From contig CAWAPP010000007.1 of assembly GCA_963783935.1 (NCBI GenBank), forward strand, positions 1,201,823 to 1,265,822: 64,000 nucleotides of DNA, written 5' to 3'. The notes below the pieces were generated by a model. The model made no database searches and was not told the origin of the DNA. It was given only the letters and a program-made list of their open reading frames with translations. Origin of the DNA: an uncultured Actinomycetota bacterium. Its GTDB lineage: Bacteria; Actinomycetota; Actinomycetes; Streptosporangiales; Streptosporangiaceae. Shown here one piece after another: positions 52,586 through 62,299 of this stretch (the first letter of the stretch is position 1; each line of letters opens with the position of its first letter). Position numbers and translations under genes: made by a program.

Positions 52586-53930
52586 GACTAAGTTCGCCGT
52601 CGCTGACGAGCTGACCTGCTACTACGATCGGCCGGCTGAGCCGGCGAACGTGCACGTCGAGGCTCAGCTCGCAGCGCCGCTCGACGAGTCGGCCGTGCGG
52701 GCCGCGGTAGCGGCCGTGCTCGCCGCTGAGCCCGGCCTGCGGGTCCGGCGGGCCGCGACCGGGAGTTGGCGGTCCAGCTATTACTGGGAGTTTCCGCCGG
52801 TCATCGACCTGGATCCGGTTGAGGTTGTCAGCTACGCCGACGACGCGGAGCTTGACCGGCACCGGGCGGCCTTCCTGTCGCGATCGCCTTCGCTGGCGAC
52901 GTCGCCTCCGGTGCGATTCCTGCTCGGCGGCGACGTGCTCATGCTGAACGCCCATCACGCCTGCTTTGACGGGCTGTCCGCGTTGCGGTTGCTGCGCCGG
53001 GTGGCCGCCGAATACAGCGAGCTGACCCGGGTCGGAGGGGGGAGGTCCATGATCGTGGAAACTTTTGATGGCTATAACACCCGAAGTTTCCACAATCATG
53101 GAGTCCCCGCCGGGGGAGAGATCCCACTAGCCACTCCAGCCTCACGAGAGACACCGGCAGCGCCGCCGCCGGGGAAAAGCACCGGCCGGGTCGTGCGGAT
53201 CGCCGGGGACGCTGACCGGCGCGCTCCTGGTTACGGCACCGTGCAACTCACCTGGGACGGGCTCACGGCGGTGACCGGCGTTCTGCGGGCGGCCGGGTAC
53301 AGCGTCAACGATCTGCTGATCGCGGCGCTGATCGTCACCATCGGCGAGTGGAACGCCGCGCGCGGCGGCTCGTCCGGGCTGATTAAGATCACGATGCCGG
53401 TGGGGGATCCGGTCCAGGCCACCGAGCAGGGGGAGTGGGCCAACCGGTCGCGGCTGACCAAGGTGACCGCCCGCCCGGCCGCAGTCGACACCGCGGCCGG
53501 CCTCCTCAGCGAGGTGGCGGCGCAGACCAGGTACGCGAAGAACCACGACAGCGGCCAGGTTGACGTGCTGTCGGCGGCGCTCGCCCTGGCGCCCGTTCCG
53601 GTCTCGGTCAAAGGGATCACACTCCGTGCCATGCTGCGCGTGGCCGGGCCTATTTGCTGCGATACTTCACTGATCTCTAATCTCGGCGTGGTAACACCGG
53701 TTCGCTTTGGTACGGCAGGTGACGCGTACGTGTGGTTTTCCACCTCGGCCCACTTGCCGCGCGGGCTTTCTGTCGGCGCTGTGACGACTGACGGCAAGCT
53801 CCGGCTGACCTTCAGGTACCGGCGGGCGCTGCTGACCGGGGCGGCCGCCGCCGAGTTCGCGGCGAGTTACCGCCTGGCCCTCGATGCGGTGCTTGATGGT
53901 GCGGCCGTGGCCGCGGCGGTGCCTGAGTGA
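52560..53930 (+). CDS. condensation-domain-like acyltransferase (HHxxxDG; PapA/WS-DGAT-like)
   Basis: Catalytic motif LNAHHACFDGLSA. 456 aa. Contains an in-frame palindromic element at 53046-53165. GTG 52575 is an alternative start. Confidence 0.75.
   Translation: MRRRPVTARTKFAVADELTCYYDRPAEPANVHVEAQLAAPLDESAVRAAVAAVLAAEPGLRVRRAATGSWRSSYYWEFPPVIDLDPVEVVSYADDAELDRHRAAFLSRSPSLATSPPVRFLLGGDVLMLNAHHACFDGLSALRLLRRVAAEYSELTRVGGGRSMIVETFDGYNTRSFHNHGVPAGGEIPLATPASRETPAAPPPGKSTGRVVRIAGDADRRAPGYGTVQLTWDGLTAVTGVLRAAGYSVNDLLIAALIVTIGEWNAARGGSSGLIKITMPVGDPVQATEQGEWANRSRLTKVTARPAAVDTAAGLLSEVAAQTRYAKNHDSGQVDVLSAALALAPVPVSVKGITLRAMLRVAGPICCDTSLISNLGVVTPVRFGTAGDAYVWFSTSAHLPRGLSVGAVTTDGKLRLTFRYRRALLTGAAAAEFAASYRLALDAVLDGAAVAAAVPE
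53046..53165 (+). mobile_element. ~120-bp palindromic element, copy B, in frame within a CDS
   Basis: Hairpin TCCATGATCGTGGAAACTT..AAGTTTCCACAATCATGGA (53046-53102) plus a tail homologous to copies A and C. Translated as SMIVETFDGYNTRSFHNHGVPAGGEIPLATPASRETPAAP. Confidence 0.6.
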
Positions 53931-54907
53931 GCGCGGGGGCCGGGCTCGGGATAGCGGTGGCCGCGCTGGCGACGACGTCCTACAACGTCGGCTTGATCGT
54001 GGAGAAGCGCGCACTCGGCCGGATGCCGGCGATCGACGCCAGGCACGCCGTTTCTCTGGTGCGGACCGTGCTGCTCAACCCGCTGTGGCTTGGCGGCTTC
54101 GCCTTGATGCTGTGCGGGTTTGGGCTCCAGGTGGTGGCGCTGATGCTGGCGCCGGTCAGCGTGGTGCAGCCCGTGCTCGGCTCTGGCGTGGTCATCCTCG
54201 TGCTGCTCTCCAGCCTGGTGCTGCGGGAACGGCTCGGGCGGGTCGAGCTTGGCTGCGTGCTTGGCGTCGCGGTGGCGATCGCGGCGATCGCGCTGTCCGC
54301 CGCTGGGTCGGCCGGGCAGGTCGGGCACGAGGCGAGCGGGCTGCTGATCGCGGTTGTCGCCGTCCCTGCCTGTGTGGTCGCGCTGATGCTCGGGGCAAGC
54401 GCGCTGCGTCCGGTGTCTGGCGGCAAGCACAGGATGCCGGCCGTCGGGGTGTCTTACGGGCTGGCCGCCGGACTGCTTTACGGTGTCGCGACGCTGGCGA
54501 TCAAGGCGCTTTCCGGCGCGATCTTCCACCACGGCGGCGGGCTCGGCGGGCTGGTCACGGCCGTGCTGACCTCGCCCTATCCGTACCTGACCGTCGGCTG
54601 CTCCGGGGTCGCGCTGCTGATCTTCCAGACCGGTCTTCAGCGCTGCCGGGTCGCCATTGTCGGCCCGGTCTCGAACATCACGGGGAGCATCTTCTTCATG
54701 GTCGCCGGCACCTGGCTGTTCGGTGAGCGGTTGCCCGCCAGCCCGGTGGGGCTCACGCTCCGGCTGGGCGGAATCCTGCTCGCCGGAGCGGCGGTGATCG
54801 TGCTGTCGAGGCAGCCGGCCGGGCCCGATGGCCGCAGGGAGACCCGGCCCGAGCCTGCGCCGAAGGTAGAAAGGACCGTGCATGCCGATCGAGCGCCCGC
54901 TGCTTGA
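53927..54907 (+). CDS. DMT-superfamily / NIPA-like membrane transporter
   Basis: About 9 TM segments. N-terminus GIAVAALATTSYNVGLIVEKRAL..LWLGGFALMLCGFGLQVVAL resembles NIPA/EamA-type proteins. ATGA-type overlap with the upstream gene. Confidence 0.7.
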   Translation: MSAGAGLGIAVAALATTSYNVGLIVEKRALGRMPAIDARHAVSLVRTVLLNPLWLGGFALMLCGFGLQVVALMLAPVSVVQPVLGSGVVILVLLSSLVLRERLGRVELGCVLGVAVAIAAIALSAAGSAGQVGHEASGLLIAVVAVPACVVALMLGASALRPVSGGKHRMPAVGVSYGLAAGLLYGVATLAIKALSGAIFHHGGGLGGLVTAVLTSPYPYLTVGCSGVALLIFQTGLQRCRVAIVGPVSNITGSIFFMVAGTWLFGERLPASPVGLTLRLGGILLAGAAVIVLSRQPAGPDGRRETRPEPAPKVERTVHADRAPAA

Positions 54908-55142
54908 CATTCTCGCCTGCCCGATCGACAAGCAAGGGCTGCTGTTGTTCGAGGACGAGGCGATCCTTTACAACCCGAGGCTGCGACGGATCTACCGGAT
55001 GCCTGACGGCTTTCCTGTCATGCTGGCCGACCGGGCCGAGCCGGCTGCGGAAGACGAGCATGAGCGGTTGCTGAAGCGGGCGCGGCACGGCGAAGCGATC
55101 GGCACGGCGGGAGTAGATGCCCAGGTCACCGACTTCGATTGA
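54882..55142 (+). CDS. Trm112 family (UPF0434) small protein
   Basis: LLDILACPIDKQGLL...YRMPDGFPVMLADRA matches the Trm112p-like signature. Confidence 0.8.
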   Translation: MPIERPLLDILACPIDKQGLLLFEDEAILYNPRLRRIYRMPDGFPVMLADRAEPAAEDEHERLLKRARHGEAIGTAGVDAQVTDFD

Positions 55143-55298
55143 GCTATTTGTCGGTTATCTTCGGATTATCGGAATCAGGTCGTTATGATCATGTGTCCGG
55201 CTCGTAGTGACACATCTGCTACCGGTCAGTATCATGCCTCAAACTGCAATGTTCCTCAACTAGGCCGCCAGATCTGACAGCCAATCCCAGGAGGATCC

Positions 55299-56273
55299 AT
55301 GCGCCGCGTCGTCTGGTCAGTGCTGGCTGGGCTCGGAGTCTTCTTCATCGTGATCGCGATTATGTCGCGGATCTTCATTCCCGGGCAGGCGGTCAAGTTC
55401 CCGCTCAACGAGTACGGCATTAACACCCTTGTTGCCAGCGGCGCTAGCTGGTTCAGCCCGGAAAATGTCAGCGAGCTTTCCCCGGTTACCCTTCAGATCA
55501 CCAACACGACCAAGGGCAACGTCGCCGCGTCTGACCAGCTCGGCAGCTCCACCTACGCGGTGTGGCAGAGCTTCGGGGTCATTGAGGACACCACGGACCA
55601 CCAGCAGGTCAGCATCCCGGCGGCCGCCGACCAGTTCGCCTTTAACCGGCGGACTGGCGTGCTGTTCAACTGGAAAGGCAACGAGATCGCCGGCAAGCCG
55701 GTGAAGTCGGTGAGCGGTCAGGGCTACGTCTGGCCCCTCGGCGCGGGCAAGCAGAATTACGAGGTCTACGACACCACGCTCCAAAAGCCGGTCCTGTTCA
55801 AGTACTCGCGCGTGGCGATCGTAGACGGCGTGACCACTTACCTCTACATTGCCAATATCCCGCCCACTCAGACCGGCACCCAGCAGCTGCCCGGATCGCT
55901 GGTCGGGTCGAGTGCCCCCGAGGTGACGCTTCCCGAGTTCTACAGCTCGACCGAGGATTACTACGTCGACCCGGTTACGGGCGCCCCGATCCAGGTGGAC
56001 CGCAAGGTGAGCAGCGTGCTCAAGGACAACTCGGGCACGACCCGCCTGGTCCTGCTCCAAGCCGACTTCAAGTCCTCGCCGACCAGCGTCGCCTCCACTC
56101 TCAAGACTGACAACCACTACCGCAACGAGATCAACCTCGTCGAGAACATCATCCCGATCGTCGCGCTGCTCGTCGGCATCATCTTGCTGGTGATCGGTCT
56201 GGTGCTGAGCCGGATGGGGACCGAAGATGAGCAGTACGAGGAGGACGACCAGCGAGTCGGCTCGACCGTCTAA
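55299..56273 (+). CDS. DUF3068 (PorA-like) membrane-anchored protein
   Basis: N-terminal anchor VLAGLGVFFIVIAIMSRIFIPGQAVKFPLN, C-terminal TM IPIVALLVGIILLVIGLVL. Typical DUF3068 layout. SD AGGAGGA precedes the ATG. Confidence 0.7.
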   Translation: MRRVVWSVLAGLGVFFIVIAIMSRIFIPGQAVKFPLNEYGINTLVASGASWFSPENVSELSPVTLQITNTTKGNVAASDQLGSSTYAVWQSFGVIEDTTDHQQVSIPAAADQFAFNRRTGVLFNWKGNEIAGKPVKSVSGQGYVWPLGAGKQNYEVYDTTLQKPVLFKYSRVAIVDGVTTYLYIANIPPTQTGTQQLPGSLVGSSAPEVTLPEFYSSTEDYYVDPVTGAPIQVDRKVSSVLKDNSGTTRLVLLQADFKSSPTSVASTLKTDNHYRNEINLVENIIPIVALLVGIILLVIGLVLSRMGTEDEQYEEDDQRVGSTV

Positions 56274-56308
56274 CTCACTTCGCTTCACCACGGGCCGGAG
56301 GGCAGCTG

Positions 56309-57850
56309 ATGGGGTTCTGGGCGCGCGCGCAAGAAAATCCTGACTGGGTCGCGGTAGTCGAGCCGGACGGGACCGAGCACAAGGCAGGCGACTTGCTCGG
56401 CCGTGCTAACCAGATCGTGCACGCGCTGCGCGAGCGGGGGCTCCGCGCGGGCGACGGCATCGCCGCCCTGGTACCTAACGGCGTGGCCCCGGTCGAGCTC
56501 TACCTGGCCGCGCTCCAGGCCGGCTGGTACTACACACCCGTGAACTGGCACTTCACCCCGCCCGAAATCGCTTACATCGTGCGCGACACCGGTGCCAAGG
56601 CGTTCTTCGTGCATTCTCGGTTTGCCGATGCCGGGGTAGCCGCTGCGGACGAGGCCGAGGTGCCCGGCGATGCCCGGTTCAGCTTCGGCGCCGTGCCCGG
56701 GTTTACGCCAGTCTCTTCCCTGCGCGAGGGGCAGCCGGTAAGCCTGCCCGGTGACCGCGCCTCGGGGACCGCGATGCACTACACCTCGGGTACCACCGGC
56801 CTGCCCAAGGGGGTCAGGCGGGCTCTGATCGGACTCGACCCCGACGTGTCGGCGGACCTGCTCACCGGGCTTCTCCAGTTCTTCGGCGTGACCGAAGGCG
56901 GCTCGAACGTGCACCTGGTCACGTCGCCGGCTTACCACACCGCGGTGACGATGTTCGGCGGCTGCGCTCTCCAGTTCGGGCACACCCTGGTGATGATGGA
57001 TAACTGGGACGCTGAGCAGGCGCTCGACCTGGTGCAGCGGTACCAGGTCACGAACACGCACATGGTGCCGACGCAGTTCAAGCGGATGCTGACGCTGCCG
57101 GAGGACGTGCGCGGCCGTTACGACGTGTCGTCGATGAAGTGGATGATCCACGCTGCGGCTCCCTGTCCGGTGCCGATCAAGCGGGAAATGCTCGACTGGT
57201 GGGGGCCTTGCGTCTACGAGTACTACGCCGCGACCGAGGGCGGCGGGACAATCGTGACGCCGGAGGAGTGGCTGGCCAAGCCGGGGACGGTTGGCAAGGC
57301 CTGGCCGGGCAGCGAGGTCATCGCGGTCGATGACGATGGCGTGGAAGTTCCGGTCGGGACGCCTGGCACCGTCTACATGAAGATGGGCGTCATGGAGTTC
57401 GAGTACAAGGGCGACCCGGACAAGACCGCCGCTTCCCGGCTGCGCGATTACTTCACCGTGGGGGACATCGGGTTCCTTGACTCCGACGGGTTCCTGTTCT
57501 TGTGCGACCGCAAGTCGGACCTGATCATCTCGGGCGGGGCCAACATCTACCCGGCCGAGATCGAATCGGAGATCGTGACCCATCCGAAGGTCGCCGACGT
57601 GGCGGTGTTCGGCATTCCGGACGAGGAGTGGGGGGAGCAGATCAAGGCCGTGGTCCAGCCTGCGGAAGGGGTCTCGCCTTCCGATGAGCTGACCGCCGAG
57701 ATCCTCGCCTCGCTCGACGGGCGGCTGGCCAAGATGAAGTGGCCGAGGTCGATCGATTACGTGGAAGAACTGCCCAGAGACCCGAGCGGCAAGCTGTTGA
57801 AGCGCAAGCTGCGCGAGCCGTACTGGGCCGGCCGCTCCACCGCCATCTGA
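56309..57850 (+). CDS. AMP-dependent acyl-CoA synthetase/ligase (FadD-like)
   Basis: AMP-binding motifs MHYTSGTTGLPKGV, YYAATEGG, GDIGFLDSDGFLFLCDRKSDLIISGGANIYPAEIE and a C-terminal PRDPSGKLLKRKL. Confidence 0.9.
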   Translation: MGFWARAQENPDWVAVVEPDGTEHKAGDLLGRANQIVHALRERGLRAGDGIAALVPNGVAPVELYLAALQAGWYYTPVNWHFTPPEIAYIVRDTGAKAFFVHSRFADAGVAAADEAEVPGDARFSFGAVPGFTPVSSLREGQPVSLPGDRASGTAMHYTSGTTGLPKGVRRALIGLDPDVSADLLTGLLQFFGVTEGGSNVHLVTSPAYHTAVTMFGGCALQFGHTLVMMDNWDAEQALDLVQRYQVTNTHMVPTQFKRMLTLPEDVRGRYDVSSMKWMIHAAAPCPVPIKREMLDWWGPCVYEYYAATEGGGTIVTPEEWLAKPGTVGKAWPGSEVIAVDDDGVEVPVGTPGTVYMKMGVMEFEYKGDPDKTAASRLRDYFTVGDIGFLDSDGFLFLCDRKSDLIISGGANIYPAEIESEIVTHPKVADVAVFGIPDEEWGEQIKAVVQPAEGVSPSDELTAEILASLDGRLAKMKWPRSIDYVEELPRDPSGKLLKRKLREPYWAGRSTAI

Positions 57851-57899
57851 CCAGCGCCGCTTCGCCCGCCTGCCCGATGCGCCGCCCACCCGCCGCGTC

Positions 57900-59040
57900 G
57901 CCTCGTCCGGTGCGCCGCCTCGCCCGGTACTTCTTCAGCAGCAACGGTGGCCCACGGATGCTGTTGCTAACCACGTGACGGCGACAACGATGGGCCTGGC
58001 CTCAGGGAGTGAACCGGGGCTGGTGTGACTAGCGTGCCCTTAGTGACTGCCGGGGCTGGCGGGGTTGAGGGTCCGGCTGGCGGTGGCGCTGGTGACCGCA
58101 TCGGTGGGCCATCGTTGCGGGCCGGCGGGCCGGGCTAACGACATCGATGTCCCAGGGTTGCTGTTCCCGCAGCATCGATGGGCCATCGTTGCGGTCCGGC
58201 GCCGCCTGGCAACCGCATCGGTGGGCCATCGATGCGGCCGGCCGGGCATTACGAGCGTTTTGTCCCGCCCGGGTCCTGGTGGGCACTGGCTAGAGGCCGC
58301 TAGCCCGCACTCCATGATCAACTCAAGCTACGTGGCATGTTTCTGACCGCACCTTGGGACAGGGGTGGGGCTCTTATGGACGGGAGGGCCATGATCGTGG
58401 AAACCTCGGGTGCTGGGACAACCCGAGGTTTCCACGATCATGGAATCCCCGGACAGGGCCGGGTCTCACCAGCCACTTCAGCCGCACGAGGAACACCGGC
58501 CGCACCGCAGAACCCGAGCCAGTGCGCCCGTCCTCGCTGCCGACACCATCCCTCCCAAAGAGCACCCGACCATGGCCTACCGTCGCGGTTGCCCGCCCGG
58601 CGAGAAAAGCAACGGTGGGATATGGGTGCATTTCTTTTGGCGTGAGCGTGCGGCGGGGCTGAGGGGTCGGGATTCCGGCAACAGTAATGCGGGGTTTACT
58701 GTTGCCGGGCAACAGTAATGGGGGCTTTACTGTTGCGCCCGGCGACCGGGAAGGGCGGCGTCCCCGGTTGTCCCGCCTGTGATCTCGCGCACGGCACCGG
58801 CGTGATTACGCGCTGATCGTACTGCTGCGGGAAGCGAGAGTGGCGGCGCGCCGGTGCTGAGTGCAACCCCGCATCCATGTTGATCGACTTCGGCGGCGGT
58901 CAAAGATCCGCCGCCTGGCGCCACCCGCACCGCAACGATGGCACAGCAATGCGGTCGGGGCGGTTGGGGCGGTCGGGGTTGGCGGCCGGGCGGCCGGGCG
59001 GTCGGGGCAGTCGGGCGCCCAGGGCCACGGGCAGTCACAT
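57900..59040. repeat. intergenic repeat cluster R6
   Basis: Palindromes CCGCATCGGTGGGCCATCGTTGCGG (58096-58120), 58172-58192, 58213-58237 and others. Hairpin element copy C (58389-58505). Two tandem hairpins GGCAACAGTAA..TTACTGTTGCC (~58677-58740). G-run tract 58957-59007. Confidence 0.8.
58389..58505 (+). mobile_element. ~120-bp palindromic element, copy C (intergenic)
   Basis: Perfect 23-bp arms CCATGATCGTGGAAACCTCGGGT / ACCCGAGGTTTCCACGATCATGG (58389-58443) plus the conserved tail. Confidence 0.65.
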
Positions 59041-59337
59041 CTGACGTGCTTTCGCATTTGGGACCAGTTCTCGCTTACTGGCACGCCAGTTAAGTATTGC
59101 CCTCAGGCATATGGACAATGGCCGGCTGGGCGGTGCCATTGCTGTTCGCCTGGGTGCTGGTCCTGCGAAAGTGGGCATTTGGCGGTTGAACGGCGGGTGA
59201 AAATATGTATTTCTGCTGGTGGCCGTGGCTGTCCGGTCAAAAGTGACTGTCCCGCGCTCTGGGCCGGATAGAGATGATCTTGGTTGCTAGGCCGTAAATT
59301 TTCGCGTGTTAGCCTTTATTGCTTTTGCATTGCGCGG

Positions 59338-60405
59338 ATGGCAGCCATCGGGAGGAACCGGAACTTGAGCACGCAGCAGGAGCAAGAGCCGCAGGCCCCC
59401 GCTATCGGGCACCGGACGTTTACCTGGTTCCAGCCGCAGGGTCGGCGGCCGACCGAATATGAGCTCTATACCGTTGGCCATCAGTCGTCGCCGAAAGAGT
59501 GGCTGAGGGTTGGCTGGCCGATCCGGTTTGACAACGGCCGGGAGCCTTATGCCGAGGAGTCGACTAAGGTGCGGTCTTCGCGGTGGCGGGACTGGCGGGA
59601 TCCGGCCCAGCTCTGGCAGCGGCCGTACGTGCAGGCGTCGAACTTTGGTGAGCAGGCACTCGACCGGCTGATCCCGGCCGCGCTGGCGGGCGGGCAACTG
59701 GCGTCGGTCAATGAGACCTGGCTAGCTGAGGCGGTCGGCAAGTACTACGCGGCTTGGCCCTACGCCGAGTACGGGCTGTTCCTCTGCTTATGTTATTCGG
59801 TGCGGGAAGCGCTGGCTGACACCGTGATGTTTGCCTTGGCCTTCGAGGCTACCGACAAGCTGCGCCATCAGCAGGATGTCGTGCGGCTGCTGCTCGACTT
59901 GCAGGAGGCCAGGCCGGGGTTCACCGACGATCAGGCTAAGGACGCCTGGATGTCAGGCCCGATTTTCCGGCCGGTGCGGGAGAACATTGAGCGGATCTAC
60001 TCAGCCGACGACTGGGCCGAGGTTCTGATCGCGATCAACCTGGCTTTCGAGCCGCTCATCGGGTCGCTGGTCAAGGACGAGTTCCTGGCCAGGAACGCCA
60101 GCTACAACGGCGACGCGGTGACCCCGATGATCCTCGCCGGCGTCCGGGTTGACACAGAACGTCAGCTGGCCACGACCCGGAGTTTCGTCGAGTTCCTGAT
60201 CAGCGATCCTGAGCACGGATCGGCTAACCGGGCGGTGATCGCCGGGTGGGCGGACCGGTGGACGGAGGAGAGTCTGGCGGCCGCGACGGCTGCCTCAGCG
60301 TTGTTCGACCTTGACGGGATCACGCTCGCCGAGGACGGAGAGGTCGCGCTCGGCCGGGTTGCCGCCGCGCAGGCGGCTTTGCTCGGCGGACTCGGGATTG
60401 GCTAG
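59338..60405 (+). CDS. soluble di-iron monooxygenase hydroxylase beta (small) subunit
   Basis: About 350 aa, sitting directly upstream of coupling-protein, alpha and reductase genes. Helical text consistent with SDIMO beta subunits. Start uncertain: ATG 59338, or TTG 59365 which lies 7 nt after GGGAGGAA. Confidence 0.7.
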   Translation: MAAIGRNRNLSTQQEQEPQAPAIGHRTFTWFQPQGRRPTEYELYTVGHQSSPKEWLRVGWPIRFDNGREPYAEESTKVRSSRWRDWRDPAQLWQRPYVQASNFGEQALDRLIPAALAGGQLASVNETWLAEAVGKYYAAWPYAEYGLFLCLCYSVREALADTVMFALAFEATDKLRHQQDVVRLLLDLQEARPGFTDDQAKDAWMSGPIFRPVRENIERIYSADDWAEVLIAINLAFEPLIGSLVKDEFLARNASYNGDAVTPMILAGVRVDTERQLATTRSFVEFLISDPEHGSANRAVIAGWADRWTEESLAAATAASALFDLDGITLAEDGEVALGRVAAAQAALLGGLGIG

Positions 60406-60422
60406 CGGGAGAGGACGACGCG

Positions 60423-60764
60423 ATGACCGCGAGCGAGACCGTGAGTCCGGCGCCGAGGTGGAAGCAGGGACGGGACCGGCGCACGGTCGGCGTCAGCCTG
60501 ATGGGCAGCGCGGAGACCGACGCCGTCATTGAATACCTGCGCGCGGAGATTCCGGACGCGACGGTCAGCTTCCGCGACTGCTATTACAAGATCGAGCGCG
60601 ATGACGTGCTTGAGTTCGATATGGCCAAAGTCAGCGAGTATCTCGGGCACAAGCTGACGACCGAGATGTTCCTGGTCAACCTGACCACCTACTACGGGCG
60701 GATGGATCGCAGCAACGACAAGATCCAGATCTTCGCCGATATTCAGCCCGGCCGCTTCAAGTAG
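60423..60764 (+). CDS. monooxygenase coupling/effector protein (MmoB/DmpM family)
   Basis: 113 aa. VGVSLMGSAETDAVIEYLRAE..CYYKIERDDVLEFDM fits the MmoB/DmpM pattern and position. Confidence 0.8.
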   Translation: MTASETVSPAPRWKQGRDRRTVGVSLMGSAETDAVIEYLRAEIPDATVSFRDCYYKIERDDVLEFDMAKVSEYLGHKLTTEMFLVNLTTYYGRMDRSNDKIQIFADIQPGRFK

Positions 60765-60778
60765 CAGAGGAAACGCTC

Positions 60779-62284
60779 ATGCCCGCGAGCCTGGAGGAAG
60801 TGCACGAGAAGGCCAAGAGCTATGACTGGCCCTTCTCGGTCGGTGACCAGCGGCCGAAGTTCGAGAGCAAGTACGTGATCCCGCCGAAAGGCAGGGACCC
60901 GTTCCGTACGCTGGTGCGCGATTACCTGAAGATGGAAGCGGAAAAGGACGACCGCACGCACGGCTTCCTTGACGCCGCTGTGCGCCTGCGCGTGGCCGAG
61001 CGGACCGATCCGAGGTTTCTCGAGGTCATGAAAGTCACGCTGACCGATCTCACGCTCGCCGAATTCCAGGCGGTGTCCGCGTGCGGCATGCTGATCTCAT
61101 CCGTGCCGAACCAGGAAATCCGCCAGGGTTACCAGGCTCAGATGATGGACGAGATGCGGCACGCCCAGCTTGAGATGGCCCTGCGGCATTATTACGTCAA
61201 GCACGCGCCTGATCCGGCGGGTTTTGACATCGGCCAGAAGGCCCTGTACGAACTGCCGGGCGGGCTGATCGGCGTCGGCGCCTTCGCGCAGTTCAACTGC
61301 GGTGACCCGATCGACGCCATCATCAACTTGAACGTGGTGCTCGAGACCGCTTATACCAACCCGCTCCTGGTGGCGACCCCGCAGATCGCCGTCGCGAACG
61401 GCGACGACGCCCTCGCCACGACCTTCCTCTCGATCCAGTCCGACGAGGCTCGCCACATGGCCAACGGCTACGGCTCCCTCATGGCGGTGCTGAGCGTCGA
61501 GCAGAACATCCCGCTGGTCAACGAGGCGCTCGAGCGCTCCTTCTGGATCGGGCACCGGCAGTTCGACGCGCTCAGCGGGTTCACCTCGGAATACGGCGCC
61601 ACGGTCCGGCCCTGGGCGTACCGCGACCAGTGGGACGAGTGGATCGGCGATGACTTCATCTCCAGTTACCTGGAGCGGCTGACGCCGTTCGGGGTCAAGG
61701 TTCCCTCGCGGGCCGCGAAGGCGGCGCAGGACGTCAACTGGCTCCATCACACGACCGCGCTCGCGCTGGCCGCGATCTGGCCGCTCAATTTCTGGCGGAC
61801 GCCGGTGATGCGCCAGCCGGACTTCGACTGGTTCGAGAAACACTATCCAGGCTGGTACGGCTACTACGGGCAGTACTGGGAAGGCACGGCCGCGCTCGCC
61901 GATCCGGCTGGCGGCCGGATCATGCTGCAGGAGTTTCCCGCCTTGCCGCCGCTCTGCCAGGTGTGCCAGCTTCCCTGCGTCATGCCCAGGCTGGACATCG
62001 CGGACACTCAAATCCTCAGCTACCAAGGAGCACCGATCGCGGTCTGCAGCGAAGGCTGCGCCTGGGTCTTCCAGAAGTGGCCGACCGTCTACGCGGGCAG
62101 GAAGCAGTTCTGGAGCCTGTTCCACGGCTGGGATCTCGCCGACGTGATCATCGAGCTCGGCTTGCTCCGCGAGGACGGGAAGACCCTGGTCGGCCAGCCG
62201 AGCATAGAACTGGAGCGGATGTGGACCATCGACGACATCAGGAAGCTGGGTTATGAGGTGAAAGACCCGCTGCATGCCCTCTAG
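60779..62284 (+). CDS. soluble di-iron monooxygenase hydroxylase alpha (large) subunit
   Basis: Two carboxylate-bridged di-iron motifs, E..(n)..DEMRH (QMMDEMRHAQLE) and E..(n)..DEARH (QSDEARHMANG). 501 aa. Confidence 0.9.
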   Translation: MPASLEEVHEKAKSYDWPFSVGDQRPKFESKYVIPPKGRDPFRTLVRDYLKMEAEKDDRTHGFLDAAVRLRVAERTDPRFLEVMKVTLTDLTLAEFQAVSACGMLISSVPNQEIRQGYQAQMMDEMRHAQLEMALRHYYVKHAPDPAGFDIGQKALYELPGGLIGVGAFAQFNCGDPIDAIINLNVVLETAYTNPLLVATPQIAVANGDDALATTFLSIQSDEARHMANGYGSLMAVLSVEQNIPLVNEALERSFWIGHRQFDALSGFTSEYGATVRPWAYRDQWDEWIGDDFISSYLERLTPFGVKVPSRAAKAAQDVNWLHHTTALALAAIWPLNFWRTPVMRQPDFDWFEKHYPGWYGYYGQYWEGTAALADPAGGRIMLQEFPALPPLCQVCQLPCVMPRLDIADTQILSYQGAPIAVCSEGCAWVFQKWPTVYAGRKQFWSLFHGWDLADVIIELGLLREDGKTLVGQPSIELERMWTIDDIRKLGYEVKDPLHAL

Positions 62285-62299
62285 CCGGGCCGCTCGCTA

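Noticed and set aside
56285-57889. 534-aa minus-strand ORF; similar cases at 61097..62275, 55317..56291, 10079..11239, 6835..7707, 15020..15997 and 38211..38963
   Set aside because: Each lies opposite a gene with clear catalytic motifs (AMP-binding, di-iron alpha subunit, DUF3068, MTase/aminotransferase, M16, AlkP, PotD-like). Each has Arg/Gly/Pro/Asp-biased text without motifs.
58096-58237. Regularly spaced ~25-bp palindromes (period about 35-45 bp), superficially like a CRISPR array; also at 1326-1470, 17213-17352, 32757-32900 and 42985-43125
   Set aside because: The repeats are degenerate and alternate between two variants. The intervening spacers are only about 15-20 bp and are themselves conserved between loci. 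There are 3-4 units per locus and no cas genes or leader. This is a dispersed composite repeat, not CRISPR.
59079-59100. TGGCAC...TTGC resembling a sigma-54 -24/-12 promoter upstream of the monooxygenase operon
   Set aside because: The GG and GC elements are 17 nt apart instead of the canonical 10, and actinobacteria generally lack RpoN. Treated as chance.
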